Shown: one piece after another, positions 1-9,930 of the stretch
Numbering within the stretch: position 1 is the stretch's first letter
How the letters are laid out: each line of letters opens with the position of its first letter
DNA from: Nitrospirota bacterium
GTDB lineage: Bacteria; Nitrospirota; UBA9217
DNA length: 64,000 bases
Assembly (NCBI GenBank): GCA_963737155.1
Contig: CAVTRN010000002.1
Coordinates: 800,001 to 864,000, forward strand
Direction of reading: 5' to 3'
The notes under the pieces: model-generated
What the model was told of the DNA's origin: nothing
Seen by the model: the letters and a program-made list of their open reading frames with translations, nothing else
The model's database searches: none
Made by a program: the position numbers and the translations under genes

Positions 1-777
1 ACCACCTCCTCCCCCGCAGTAGTAGTAGGGGACGAGAGTCGGACAGGAAAAGAGAGTTGAGGGTGTCCGTCCTTCTTCAAAGTGATAAACGAGGGGAAGG
101 AGCGGAGTGGTTTCATATTACACGTTACGTCAGGAGAAGAATATTTCTACAGGCGAGAAACGAATGTTTCTCGCCGAATATTTTGTTCGCCGAATACTTA
201 CCTGTTTGGTCAAAACATTTAAACGCCTGGTTGCCCCTTATTTTTTTCGGCATAGTTCACGCTTTTGCTTTTATCTCAAAATCGTCAATGTTTAACAAAT
301 AATTTCCCTGCCAGCTTTTTTTACATCTTTTCGAATATTCCAGAAACCAATCGCTCCGCACTTAAATAAACATTATCATTGGCCGTCAAGATTGTTTGCA
401 ATTGGAGTGGGCATCAACGTGTCAAAAGGAGGGGGTTACGGGTTGAAATCTGTCACATGCGATAGATCTATTGTGCCCGTAATAAACTACCGCCTCTGTT
501 ATTGAGCACAATGGTTGTTGCCAGTTTGCTTATCCTGTATGCGCAGACAAGGCTAGAAGTGCTCATTGCGGTAACTATTGTGCCAGACTCTGATGTCGCC
601 GTAAAATATATTGCACTGCATGTGTCGCCTCTTTCTGCATCCGGTATACGAAGTAAACAGATTTTCGTTCGGTAAAAGTCCGATTCGTTTGCATGATTAA
701 CAATGCTATTAACCTATTTCTCATCTCTGCAAAAACTCGTGCCGTCATGTTTTCCGCAAATTCAACCAGTTATATTT

Positions 778-793
778 TGGCACGCGAACTGCA
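778..793 (+). promoter_or_regulatory. sigma54 (-24/-12) promoter
   Basis: TGGCACGCGAACTGCA with GG at 779-780 and GC at 791-792 (canonical spacing), 40 nt upstream of the ATG at 833. Confidence 0.75.
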
Positions 794-832
794 ATATACA
801 TGGCAAGACTGAACGAAAAGGGGGACAATAAA

Positions 833-1147
833 ATGAATACCACACTTTCAAGAAAAACAGCTTACATTGGGGTAGGAGCGGGTATGGTGCTCTTCGCAAT
901 CTTCGGTCTTCTTCCCGGCAGCCTCCTGGGAGGCGCCGCAGGAATAAAATTAGCAGGAATGGTATTCGGGCTTCCGCTGGACCCGGGAATCATATCACGC
1001 GCGATTGTGCTCGCATCCATGTTGGCGGGCGTTATGGTATCCGGAATCACGATCGTAACAGCCACGGCCACTACGGGATGGTTGGTCGGCAGAGTCCTTG
1101 AGGGCGGGCAGGCATCAGAAAAGACAGCAAGGATTGGCATCAAATAA
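833..1147 (+). CDS. small Gly-rich integral membrane protein of unknown function
   Basis: ORF 800..1147; RBS AAGGGGGA precedes the ATG at 833; 2-3 hydrophobic Gly/Ala-rich segments. Confidence 0.8.
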   Translation: MNTTLSRKTAYIGVGAGMVLFAIFGLLPGSLLGGAAGIKLAGMVFGLPLDPGIISRAIVLASMLAGVMVSGITIVTATATTGWLVGRVLEGGQASEKTARIGIK

Positions 1148-1200
1148 CGACAGGGCTCAAAAATTGTGATACAAAAAGTCAAATAAACGGAGAACTAATC

Positions 1201-1446
1201 ATGAAGAACGAATCGTTGGAGATGGGAATGAGGATAGGCGCAACGGTTGGCGGGTTATTATTACTGGTATTTGGGATGAAACCATTGATTCAGTCCGTAG
1301 CGCTCGTTTTTTTGGCGTTCAATACATTCTATATCTGCCGGAACATTCAGACTTCACAAAAGTATGGTGAGATCACGAAGTTTATTGATGATTTCTTGAC
1401 GATCGCAAGCAATAAAACGAGCAAGCACAAAGTTAACGAAGGATAG
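1201..1446 (+). CDS. small membrane protein, possibly a truncated or chimeric paralog of the upstream gene
   Basis: RBS GGAGA; N-terminus IGATVGGLLLLVFG resembles IGVGAGMVLFAIFG of 833..1147, then similarity stops. Confidence 0.45.
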   Translation: MKNESLEMGMRIGATVGGLLLLVFGMKPLIQSVALVFLAFNTFYICRNIQTSQKYGEITKFIDDFLTIASNKTSKHKVNEG

Positions 1447-1752
1447 TGTAATGGGTATGCTTCTATGCACTTTACTGCGTCCCTCTTGGAGCTGTCCTTT
1501 GCTTAATTCCATTTGCTGAAGATGGAGAGCTACACAATAGTTTTCGCGGATTGGCCGCCCTTCCCCATTAACTCACCAAAAGACGCAGACACCGCAAGAT
1601 GCTAACAGATAAGGCAAGGTCAAAGGCATCCGCGTTGTGAGAATAGAGGAGTACTACCAAGGCCAGCTTGCGGTGTGTGTAATGCAAGACGAAAGGCCGG
1701 CTTTGTGCTTAGCGGTCTCTTGTTTGTAAGCGGTAGGGGGCTGTAAACGCGG

Positions 1753-2766
1753 TTATCTATCGAGAAAGAACAACAGCTCCTTGTGAAATCGCTCCGTTGC
1801 TTCCAAGTGAGGAATATGTCCCACATTAGGCAGTTCAATGAGGGTAGACCCGGATATGAGCTTTGCCGTTCGCCTGCCCAACTCAGGGTATTGGCCGACG
1901 GTCGCAAGCAGATCTTTCTTCACCCTAGACTTCCCGGCTACGGTCCTGTCTGCCTGACCGATCACGAGGAGTGTCTTTGTATGTAAATTTGCAAACTCGT
2001 AGCAGACCGGCTGTTCGTAAATCATCTGATAGGTAAGAGCCGAGGACAATACAAGGCGCGGATACTCTCCGCTGGCCTTCCAACGAATAGCAACATTGGC
2101 ATACTCCTCGTACTCCGGTTTCCATTGCGCAAAGTAGGATTTATAATAGCTCCGTATGGCTTCCGCGGGTGCATTTAACTCAGCCTGATAGAGCTGTTCC
2201 AAAGAGGCATAAGGCACGATGGAGCGATAATCTTCCAAACCGACGGGATTTTCCAGGATCAGGTGCGATACCATCTCGGGGTACATGAGGGTGAAACGGG
2301 TAGCAAGCATGCCACCCATGGAATGGCCAACTACAGCCACTTCTTTTATTCCAAGGACGTCCAGAAGCTTTTTAGTGTTGACGGCCAAAAGGTGAAAGCT
2401 ATAGTGGATGTTGGGTTTCGATGATTTGCCGAAACCGAGCTGGTCGGGGACTATAACCCGGTAGCCGTGCTTGGCCAGGAAGCGGATGGTTTCCTTCCAG
2501 TATGCGCCGAAGAAATTCTTTCCGTGAAGAAGCAGGACGGCACGGCCTAGGTCCTTCCCTTCGGGCGGAACATTCATGTAAGCCATTCTCAGATCCTGTC
2601 CTTCGATGGTCAGAGACAAAAATTCAACCGGATAGGGATAGTTATAGTTTTCCATCGTTATAGACAGCGGTTCAAGCTCTTCAGACCTGGCAGCCCAAGG
2701 AGACAGAAGCAGCAGGACGGTATATATGATTATGTTTATTGTAGCGGTTGTGCGATGCTTCAACAT
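1753..2766 (-). CDS. secreted alpha/beta hydrolase
   Basis: signal peptide, LLLHGK, DQLGFGKS, nucleophile elbow GHSMGG, C-terminal GHIPHLE. Confidence 0.9.
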   Translation of the reverse strand: MLKHRTTATINIIIYTVLLLLSPWAARSEELEPLSITMENYNYPYPVEFLSLTIEGQDLRMAYMNVPPEGKDLGRAVLLLHGKNFFGAYWKETIRFLAKHGYRVIVPDQLGFGKSSKPNIHYSFHLLAVNTKKLLDVLGIKEVAVVGHSMGGMLATRFTLMYPEMVSHLILENPVGLEDYRSIVPYASLEQLYQAELNAPAEAIRSYYKSYFAQWKPEYEEYANVAIRWKASGEYPRLVLSSALTYQMIYEQPVCYEFANLHTKTLLVIGQADRTVAGKSRVKKDLLATVGQYPELGRRTAKLISGSTLIELPNVGHIPHLEATERFHKELLFFLDR

Positions 2767-3115
2767 GTTATTCTCCTATCGTTCCGCGGCAAAATGATTC
2801 GATTGCTAGTTTATGATTTTCTGAAAATATTGTCAATTGTTGATTCGATGAATGTCGAATAAATATTTTATCGGTTTAAGATCAACGAATACGGCTTGAT
2901 AATCTAAGTTGCAATGAACGGAAACTTCAACAGCTAAGGGATGATTCAGCCGATATTTTCCAACTCCGATACATCACGGTTTCTCTCGTGGACGCTTGCG
3001 AGTGTGAACCTTCCACCATTCGGGGCCGCTAACGATTGATTATATTATGCATCAAGCGAGCGGAATGAAGAGGGACAGCCAACTCTCAAGGCCGTCTGTC
3101 TTTATGGTCCTCGCA

Positions 3116-4156
3116 TTAATGATGCATGTGCTCATGCAGGGGCGCTCCGGTACGGTCACCGTGCATCATGGCATGGCGCGCAGGCGTCTCGTGCCGCAGA
3201 AGGGACGCGCAGAACAACAAACCGAGTAATAGGAACGCTTCGAGCCGCACGGCGCGTTTGAAAAATATGAGAACATCCACTCCCGTTTTATTTAACGATA
3301 AGCTTGAATAAAACTGTTTTACGAAACGAGCAAGGAAGCCAATGTTAGCCGAATCGAGACCCGCAATTTGTCCGAGGTTCGGTACGCTTATGTATCGGTT
3401 ATAGGCCGCGAGCAAAAGAAGCAGTAACAGCAAAGCAATCTTCACTGAAATGGTAAGACCATATGATGTGCGAACAAGGGCCGCGACGGAACCCACGTAG
3501 ACCAAGGCATTGTAAAGCGCGGTCAAAATGACGGAAAAGACCGCAATACCCGCAATGCCTGAAAACCGGGCGACCTGGCGCGCAAAGGTGTGGAATGCAT
3601 GGCTGTCCAAGTCCGACCCGCGGGGAAGAATCACGAAGGAGAGCACGAAAATCCCGCCTGCCCAAACCAGCGCTCCGAGAAGATGAATCCAATCCATGAT
3701 TTCAGCCACGCTGAAATCTCCTTTATCCGCGGCATGTCCGGAGGCGCTCTCTGTTAGGGCAATGATAGCGTCGAGGCAGATCAGGACGATGAGGGCTAGG
3801 CGAGTGTTGCGAATCATGCGGATCGATCCCGTAATCAGCATAAGAACAAAACATGCGATGCGGATGAGCCAGACATGGCCTGAGTGTGTTTTAAACATGA
3901 CGGCTGGTATCAAAGGAAAAGTAGAAAGAATCGTCTCTCCGCTCATTTCCGCGACACGCAAGAGGAAATCGATCACGCTTCCGGCTATTGCCACCGACAC
4001 GGAGATGGTAATGAAAAGCCACAAACGGTTTAGACGACTGGGATCGGGGTATTCTGCGGCAGAATAGACCCAGAGGAGAAAAATAAAAATTCCCGTGCAG
4101 AAAGCCACGGAGATGAGTTCAACCCAAAGAGGCATGCTTCGGATAAGGATGCCCAT
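3116..4156 (-). CDS. copD: CopD family copper resistance inner-membrane protein
   Basis: multi-TM; SGHAA and WIHLLGALVWAGG motifs, TSYG..KIALL; His-rich C-terminal tail; RBS AAGGGAG before the ATG at 4156, directly after copC. Confidence 0.88.
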   Translation of the reverse strand: MGILIRSMPLWVELISVAFCTGIFIFLLWVYSAAEYPDPSRLNRLWLFITISVSVAIAGSVIDFLLRVAEMSGETILSTFPLIPAVMFKTHSGHVWLIRIACFVLMLITGSIRMIRNTRLALIVLICLDAIIALTESASGHAADKGDFSVAEIMDWIHLLGALVWAGGIFVLSFVILPRGSDLDSHAFHTFARQVARFSGIAGIAVFSVILTALYNALVYVGSVAALVRTSYGLTISVKIALLLLLLLLAAYNRYISVPNLGQIAGLDSANIGFLARFVKQFYSSLSLNKTGVDVLIFFKRAVRLEAFLLLGLLFCASLLRHETPARHAMMHGDRTGAPLHEHMHH

Positions 4157-4175
4157 GAACAGCCAATCTCCCTTC

Positions 4176-4601
4176 TCACTTGATCGTGAATGTGTAGTTG
4201 CCAGAGGTCCGGTGTCCATCTCTTGCTACAACGCTCCAATAGACTTTGTAGTCACCAGGAGGCAAAGGGGGCACGGTGACCTCGAGGAGAGTGGGATCTG
4301 ACGAATCCACGTGCCCGTCTCCTTTGTCCACCATCGTGCCGTCTTTCGCGGCATGAACCATGATCGAGGAAAAGACAGGCTCCAGAGCGCTGTCAAACCA
4401 GATACGGACGCTGGTTGGCGCGACGGAAACCGTTGAGCCAGATTTGGGATCGGAATGATCAGGAGTCGCGTGGCCCTGGGCCGCAACGGGCATCAAGAAG
4501 AAAAGGAACAGGAAGAGGATCTGCGCCGCATTCCTGCTAAGAGTATGTAGCCGGCTTGCCACAGGAATATCGTCCTTTCTATGCTCTCGGGAAAACGTCA
4601 T
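4176..4601 (-). CDS. copC: CopC periplasmic copper-binding protein (start may be GTG 4562)
   Basis: signal peptide ending AQG|HA (mature N-terminal His), YKVYWSVVARDGHRTSG motif. Confidence 0.92.
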   Translation of the reverse strand: MTFSREHRKDDIPVASRLHTLSRNAAQILFLFLFFLMPVAAQGHATPDHSDPKSGSTVSVAPTSVRIWFDSALEPVFSSIMVHAAKDGTMVDKGDGHVDSSDPTLLEVTVPPLPPGDYKVYWSVVARDGHRTSGNYTFTIK

Positions 4602-4604
4602 CGA

Positions 4605-4975
4605 TTAAGGGGTGGATCAGGGCGAAGACGCCGGTGCCCGTTCCCGAGCGAGGGTTTATGGGAATTTCCACGGTAAGGCCAAGCTCCTTAAACTTGCCGA
4701 TCTACTCGATCCCCGGGTTCGTGGTCCCGGTCGTCTGATTTTACAATGCGCGGTCAGAAAGGTCTCCATGCGAAATTCGACGACAGCGGCCACGCGGTTG
4801 AAAGGTGAAGTGAAACCGATGTCCTTTACAACAGAGTAAAGATTTATCAGGCTGTGCGGTATGGAGAATGTCCACGTCAATGTCGTCGGGCTGTTTGTAA
4901 CCGCACCGGTATCATCAGACGTTGCTTTGGTTTTCGGAAGATTCAGGCAGGTGACGCCGGCAACGGTGTGGGGTT
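4605..4975 (-). pseudogene. relic of the C-terminal part of an outer-membrane-type protein gene typically found upstream of copCD
   Basis: broken frames read VKDIGFTSPFNRVAAVVEF / QTTGTTNPGIE*IGKFKELGLTVEIPINPRSGTGTGVFALIH, with a frameshift and TAG at 4702-4704. Confidence 0.5.
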
Positions 4976-5128
4976 TTAGAAAGCCCGATAAGGCATGTCA
5001 ATACTTCTCTTCTGCCCTGGACCAAGTCCATTAACGCCGTGGCCCTCAAAAAGTTTCACAAGCTTGGGGCGATGCCCATTAAAAGTACACTGGAAGCAGA
5101 AAAAATCCGATGAATACAGTCCGACACA

Positions 5129-5172
5129 CATCCCGGCCTTACTCCGAACGCATTGGAGATAAGGCCGGGATG
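5129..5172 (-). terminator. long hairpin downstream of the Met/His-rich gene, probable terminator or stability element
   Basis: CATCCCGGCCTTA...TAAGGCCGGGATG inverted repeat. Confidence 0.55.
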
Positions 5173-5212
5173 GTTGTTGTTAAATAAAACGTAACGAATT
5201 CACCAGTATCTA

Positions 5213-5965
5213 CTACATCTTCATCGGTTTCATCGATCCCTCGGGGGACATATGGTCGAGGAGGTCTATGACTTTCTCTACCGCAGCGCCAAGTTTGTGC
5301 GTGTCCGCCATCATTGCGTTGGTGCCGACTATGCCTTTCGCATGCATATCCATCATCGCCTTGCCTTCCATGACTTCTTTCAATAAAGAGCGGGCATCGG
5401 CCAGCATCATCTTTCCATGTTCCTCGGAATATTTGTCAATATTCGACATCCCCATATGTCCCAGCATCATCATATTGGACCCTTGGGCTGCCATCTCGAG
5501 GGCATGGTTTATCAAAATATGCATGTGGTGCATGGTCATCATGTCGTCCGTCATAGGGCCTTCCATGTTCATATTTTCGAGCAAGTCCGCAACGGTCATT
5601 TCCGCATTGCCCAATTCATGGGTGTATTTCATGAGCGGGTCTCCGCCATGACCGGCCTTGTGCAGACTCATCATCTCCGGTCCTTTCAGGACGTGCTCTA
5701 TGACCTCTTTGCCCGCCTTCATCATCTTACGCCCGTGTTCAAGGGTCATCGGATCGAGTGCGGGGGCCATCTTCATTTCGGCAAGCATGGCCAAGTTCGA
5801 GCCCTCGGCAACCATTTCTAGCCCGTGGTTCATTATAATGTGCATATGGTGCATGTCCATGGCTGCATCTCCGCCATGTTTGGCATAAGCCCGACCGAAG
5901 AATCCAACTGTCAGCATAAACGCCACAGCCATTACAGCCACTAAGAGCTTCTTCCTGCTATTCAT
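5213..5965 (-). CDS. periplasmic Met/His-rich protein with two internal repeats, putative Cu(I)/Ag(I)-binding protein
   Basis: RBS AAAGGAG; signal peptide ending AYA; about 40 Met, 19 His and no Cys in the 222-aa mature chain; repeated MHHMHIxxNHxLEMxAxGSN. Confidence 0.85.
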   Translation of the reverse strand: MNSRKKLLVAVMAVAFMLTVGFFGRAYAKHGGDAAMDMHHMHIIMNHGLEMVAEGSNLAMLAEMKMAPALDPMTLEHGRKMMKAGKEVIEHVLKGPEMMSLHKAGHGGDPLMKYTHELGNAEMTVADLLENMNMEGPMTDDMMTMHHMHILINHALEMAAQGSNMMMLGHMGMSNIDKYSEEHGKMMLADARSLLKEVMEGKAMMDMHAKGIVGTNAMMADTHKLGAAVEKVIDLLDHMSPEGSMKPMKM

Positions 5966-6712
5966 TTCATCTACTCCTTTCGCCCAATTAGGATTTAGCA
6001 ACGCCCTGCTTGATATCTATAAAACTGAATTTGTTAAATATAGCAATAATTGCCTTTCGCCGCATTTCCTCCTTCCCTTGGATTTGTACAAAATTGCTAA
6101 CAAAAGTATAGCACGCTTTATGCTTGAATATATCTGGTCTGATAATCTTTATTCTCTTGCGCCGCAAAACCTCCGTTATAATTGGTTGAGCATGAGGTCT
6201 TCAAGACTCCCCATAACAGAAACCTTCAGGGCGGGAATATAATGCACTGGTTGCGAAGAGACCAAAATCTTACCACTAGTGAGTGGATAAAATGATCCCG
6301 CAGTTTGCCAAGCGAGCCAAATCTGTAATGTTTTTCAAGCAAAGCGAAAATCTCATCGCGTGCATCGTGGACTCTTCGATTGCAACCAAAGCGACGCCAT
6401 AATAAATGCTGATATAAACGGAACAATCAACATCCTGATACAGTATCTTCAGGAGCAATCAAGTGTCTCTTGGAGTAGTGGCTGTTTGGCAGAGCAGCGG
6501 TCAACCGGTTTGCCTGGAGAAATACCAAGCCAGCCATAGCAGCCCATAAACGTGGCAAACATCTCTGCCGCATCTGCGAACAGAATCCGCAGTGGCTCAG
6601 CATTTGCGGAGCTCGATTCGGGAATTTTCGGATTTCAGGCCAGGGAGGATGTCATCATGGCACCTCAGTAGGGTCGGTGATGAAAATAAATACTACTTTT
6701 TAATAAAAAAAC

Positions 6713-6741
6713 TTGACACCCTTCACTTCGTCTGGTATAAG
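6713..6741 (+). promoter_or_regulatory. sigma70 promoter of the porin/Nramp operon
   Basis: TTGACA-17 nt-TATAAG preceded by an A-rich UP-like tract. Confidence 0.7.
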
Positions 6742-6795
6742 CAGATTCATGGGGTGTTGATGTTGAAATATTCCGTGGTAAGAACTCAAAAAGTC

Positions 6796-6929
6796 AGGAG
6801 GTGATGTCGATGGACGGTGGCCCAAGTAGCATGTATAGCATATTCGAGATAGCTATCTCGCAGCTTTCGGTAATAACGAAAGGAAGGGTCCGTTCATTGC
6901 TCGCCTCCATCACGCCCCTTTCCTCCTAG
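6796..6929 (+). promoter_or_regulatory. structured 5' leader containing a 39-aa uORF (6810..6929)
   Basis: AGGAGGTGA RBS; 6797-6823 is imperfectly complementary to 6886-6908; internal palindrome CGAGATAGCTATCTCG and hairpin CTTTCG-N7-CGAAAG. Confidence 0.5.
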
Positions 6930-7051
6930 CCTCTTTTCTCTTCCTTCCATTATTTCCGATAGCGCTTCCTGCACCATGTAGAACACGCACATACGCATGG
7001 TTCGTGGATGTTATTTGTCCACGGTACAATTAAGCAACGAAGGAACGGATA

Positions 7052-8431
7052 ATGGACTTCCTCAAAATCATTTCGTTTACTCGACAATTATTAAAAAAAA
7101 GTTCGCTTATTATTGTAACGCTGCTCATCTTTGAATGTGGCGCAGCATCCGCGGAAACTGCGCCGGAACCTGCCTGGTTGCCCCAACTACTGGGGATGCA
7201 AGCGACGATCATTTATCAAAACATGCCGGCGTTCCCAAGCCCTTACGAGGGACCGAACAGCCTGACGTCTGAACACGGCGAAGGACAGGGGCATACCGAA
7301 ACGTATGGCGTCTATCTCGGTTCCCAAATAGTTCCGTCTTTGCAGGCATACCTTGATATTGAACAGGCCCGCGGTAATGGGATCAGCCGTGCCGTCGGGC
7401 TAGGCGGCATCACGGATGGTGATGTAATCCGGGAAGGGTCGGTGGATTTGGGAACGGACCCCTACATCGCGAGACTCTACCTGCGATACTTTATCCCCTT
7501 GTCGCAGGAAAAAGATCCTCTGGCCACCCGCGGTATGGACCAACTACCCGGGAATGAGCCCGCAAGCAGGGTGGAGATGAAGCTTGGGAAGATGGCCGCT
7601 ACTGACGATTTCGATCTCAACCGCTATGCCAACAATACGCGGATGCAATTTATGAACTGGGGGCTCATCAACAACACAGCGTGGGATTTTGCCGCTGACA
7701 CCCGTGGCTATAGTTACGGCTTTGTTGCTGCTTTAGTCGAGCCATCCTGGAGATTGGCTTTCGGCAGCTATCAAGTGCCGACCATGGCTAACGGCAATGA
7801 GTTCGACGGTCATCTGGACAAGGCCCGCGGCGATAATTTGGAACTAACGCTCAAACCGAATCAACAGGGTACGGTGGTGCGCCTTCTGGCCTATCGTAAT
7901 GAGGCACGCATGGGTGATTACGCGGAGGCGATTGCGATTGGAACCGCAAGTTTATCAACGCCGAACATTACTGCGGATGAACGGCTTGGACGTTCAAAAT
8001 ATGGTTTTGGCATCAATGTAGAGCAACCTCTCGCAGATGACGGCGAAACCGGAGCTTTTGCAAGAATAGGCTGGAATGATGGTCATACTGAAGATTTTAT
8101 GTTTACAGAAGTAGACCAGTGCTTAAGCACTGGCGTACAAGTAAGTGGAATACATTGGGGCCGTACGGACGACCGCGTAGGAATCGCTTATGTGTGGCAC
8201 GGCCTGTCACCCGAGCATCGTGATTATCTGGCAGACGGCGGGATCGGGTTTCTCCTCGGCGACGGCAGGCTCAACTATGGGTTGGAGCAGATCCTTGAAA
8301 CCTATTATCGCGTTCAGCTCGGTCAGTATGCGCAATTGAGTCCGGATTTTCAGTATATTCAAAACCCCGGTTACAACCGTGATCGTGGGCCTGTTGAAGT
8401 ATACTCTCTGCGCTTACACCTTAGCTTTTAA
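7052..8431 (+). CDS. OprB-family porin (MnoP-like metal-ion channel)
   Basis: signal peptide, FMNWGL..AWDFAADTRGY, C-terminal SPDFQYIQNPGYNRDRGP, terminal Phe; directly upstream of an Nramp gene. Confidence 0.85.
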   Translation: MDFLKIISFTRQLLKKSSLIIVTLLIFECGAASAETAPEPAWLPQLLGMQATIIYQNMPAFPSPYEGPNSLTSEHGEGQGHTETYGVYLGSQIVPSLQAYLDIEQARGNGISRAVGLGGITDGDVIREGSVDLGTDPYIARLYLRYFIPLSQEKDPLATRGMDQLPGNEPASRVEMKLGKMAATDDFDLNRYANNTRMQFMNWGLINNTAWDFAADTRGYSYGFVAALVEPSWRLAFGSYQVPTMANGNEFDGHLDKARGDNLELTLKPNQQGTVVRLLAYRNEARMGDYAEAIAIGTASLSTPNITADERLGRSKYGFGINVEQPLADDGETGAFARIGWNDGHTEDFMFTEVDQCLSTGVQVSGIHWGRTDDRVGIAYVWHGLSPEHRDYLADGGIGFLLGDGRLNYGLEQILETYYRVQLGQYAQLSPDFQYIQNPGYNRDRGPVEVYSLRLHLSF

Positions 8432-8453
8432 TTATCGGGAAGGAAGACACCCA

Positions 8454-9725
8454 ATGAACATTTTTACACGGCTTTATTACCGATACCGCAGGATGACTAA
8501 GGCGATGCGGCTCTTTTTGCTTGCTGCGGGCCCCGGAATTATCGTGATGGTCGCCGACAATGACGCGGGAGGAATCACGACCTACACTGCAACTGGAGCC
8601 AAATACGGGATGCACCTTTTGTGGTTTCTGATTCTCCTGGGTCCGGTGGCCTATTATGTCCAAGAGATGACAGTGCGCCTAGGCGCGGTGACCAAACGAG
8701 GACATGCCGAGGCGATTTTTTCCGCCTTCGGTCGGTTCTGGGGCTGGTTCTCGTTGCTGGATCTGGTCATGACCGATTGGCTGACCATGATCACCGAGTT
8801 CATCGGCATGACTGCGGCCCTGAGCATATTCCACATTCCGACTATTGTAACGGTTGTAATCTGCTGGCTCATCATGGGGGCCATGATCTCAACCGGGCGA
8901 TACTGGACCTGGGAAAAGATCGCGCTTTTGTTCTGCGGGATCAATCTCATCTATATTCCGGCCGCGTTCATGGTGCACCCTTCGGTGAAGGACATCGTCT
9001 TTAACAGCGTGGTACCGCATTTCCCGCCGGGCGGATTCACGAACGAGCTGTTTTTTCTTTTGATGGCTAATATCGGGACGACGATTGCGCCCTGGATGCT
9101 GTTCTTCCAGCAGAGCTCGGTCGTAGACAAAGGTCTGCATGAGAAGGATATCAAGTTCGGGAAGATCGATACGGCTATCGGATCGGTTCTGACGGTTGTT
9201 GTAGCGATGGTTTTGATAATTGTCTGCGGTATATTGCTCTATGGCGTGCCGGTGGATGATGCCGCGGTAGCGGCCAGACAGATCATGCCCCAAAGCAGTA
9301 TCATTGGCACGTTGATAGCAATCGGTCTGTTTGATGCCGGACTGCTCGGGGCGATTTGCATCTCGCTGGCAAGCTCCTGGGCTTTTGGGGAGATCTTCGG
9401 CTGGGCCCACTCGCTAAACGACAAGGTCAGGGAAGCGCCATGGTTTTATGCCTATTATGTCTTTGACCTGCTGCTTGCCGGAACTGTCGTGCTCATTCCT
9501 GGCGCACCCCTCGTCCTGATTACGCTTTTCGTCCAGGTGATCGCGACAACCTTGCTGCCTGCCGCTTTGGTCTTTCTGATCCTGCTCCTGAATGACAAAA
9601 AAACCATGGGCGATTATGTCAACACGCGATGGCAGAATATCATTAATATCGGCATTGTCGTCATCATTATCGCGCTTTCCACGATGTACGGTGTCAGCAC
9701 CCTGTTCCCGAATATGTTTAAATAA
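8454..9725 (+). CDS. Nramp-related divalent metal transporter (NrmT/Mg2+-type)
   Basis: GPGIIVMVADNDAGG (DAGG rather than DPGN), QEMTVRLG, GTTIAPW (no MPH methionine). Confidence 0.88.
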   Translation: MNIFTRLYYRYRRMTKAMRLFLLAAGPGIIVMVADNDAGGITTYTATGAKYGMHLLWFLILLGPVAYYVQEMTVRLGAVTKRGHAEAIFSAFGRFWGWFSLLDLVMTDWLTMITEFIGMTAALSIFHIPTIVTVVICWLIMGAMISTGRYWTWEKIALLFCGINLIYIPAAFMVHPSVKDIVFNSVVPHFPPGGFTNELFFLLMANIGTTIAPWMLFFQQSSVVDKGLHEKDIKFGKIDTAIGSVLTVVVAMVLIIVCGILLYGVPVDDAAVAARQIMPQSSIIGTLIAIGLFDAGLLGAICISLASSWAFGEIFGWAHSLNDKVREAPWFYAYYVFDLLLAGTVVLIPGAPLVLITLFVQVIATTLLPAALVFLILLLNDKKTMGDYVNTRWQNIINIGIVVIIIALSTMYGVSTLFPNMFK

Positions 9726-9741
9726 ATGGAGGAGATAGGCC

Positions 9742-9918
9742 ATGATAAAGGAAATTTTTAATAACAGTTACGCGAAGGTCCGGGAAATTAATAAAAAATA
9801 TGAAACCCCCAGTATCGAGATGTCCAAATGGGTGAAATTGTCTTTGCTTCTATTAAGGCTTTATCTTTTAACCCTGATAGGCTTATCGATTTATAAATTT
9901 ATCACGCTGCTGAAATAA
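9742..9918 (+). CDS. 58-aa single-pass membrane protein not in the ORF track
   Basis: RBS GGAGGAG; MIKEIFNNSYAKVREINKKYETPSIEMSKWVKLSLLLLRLYLLTLIGLSIYKFITLLK fills the gap between the two operon genes. Confidence 0.8.
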   Translation: MIKEIFNNSYAKVREINKKYETPSIEMSKWVKLSLLLLRLYLLTLIGLSIYKFITLLK

Positions 9919-9930
9919 GGGAGGTGCATC

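Noticed and set aside
728-744. divergent sigma54-like site CGGCACGAGTTTTTGCA on the minus strand
   Set aside because: GG-to-GC spacing is one base too long, and sigma54 spacing is strict
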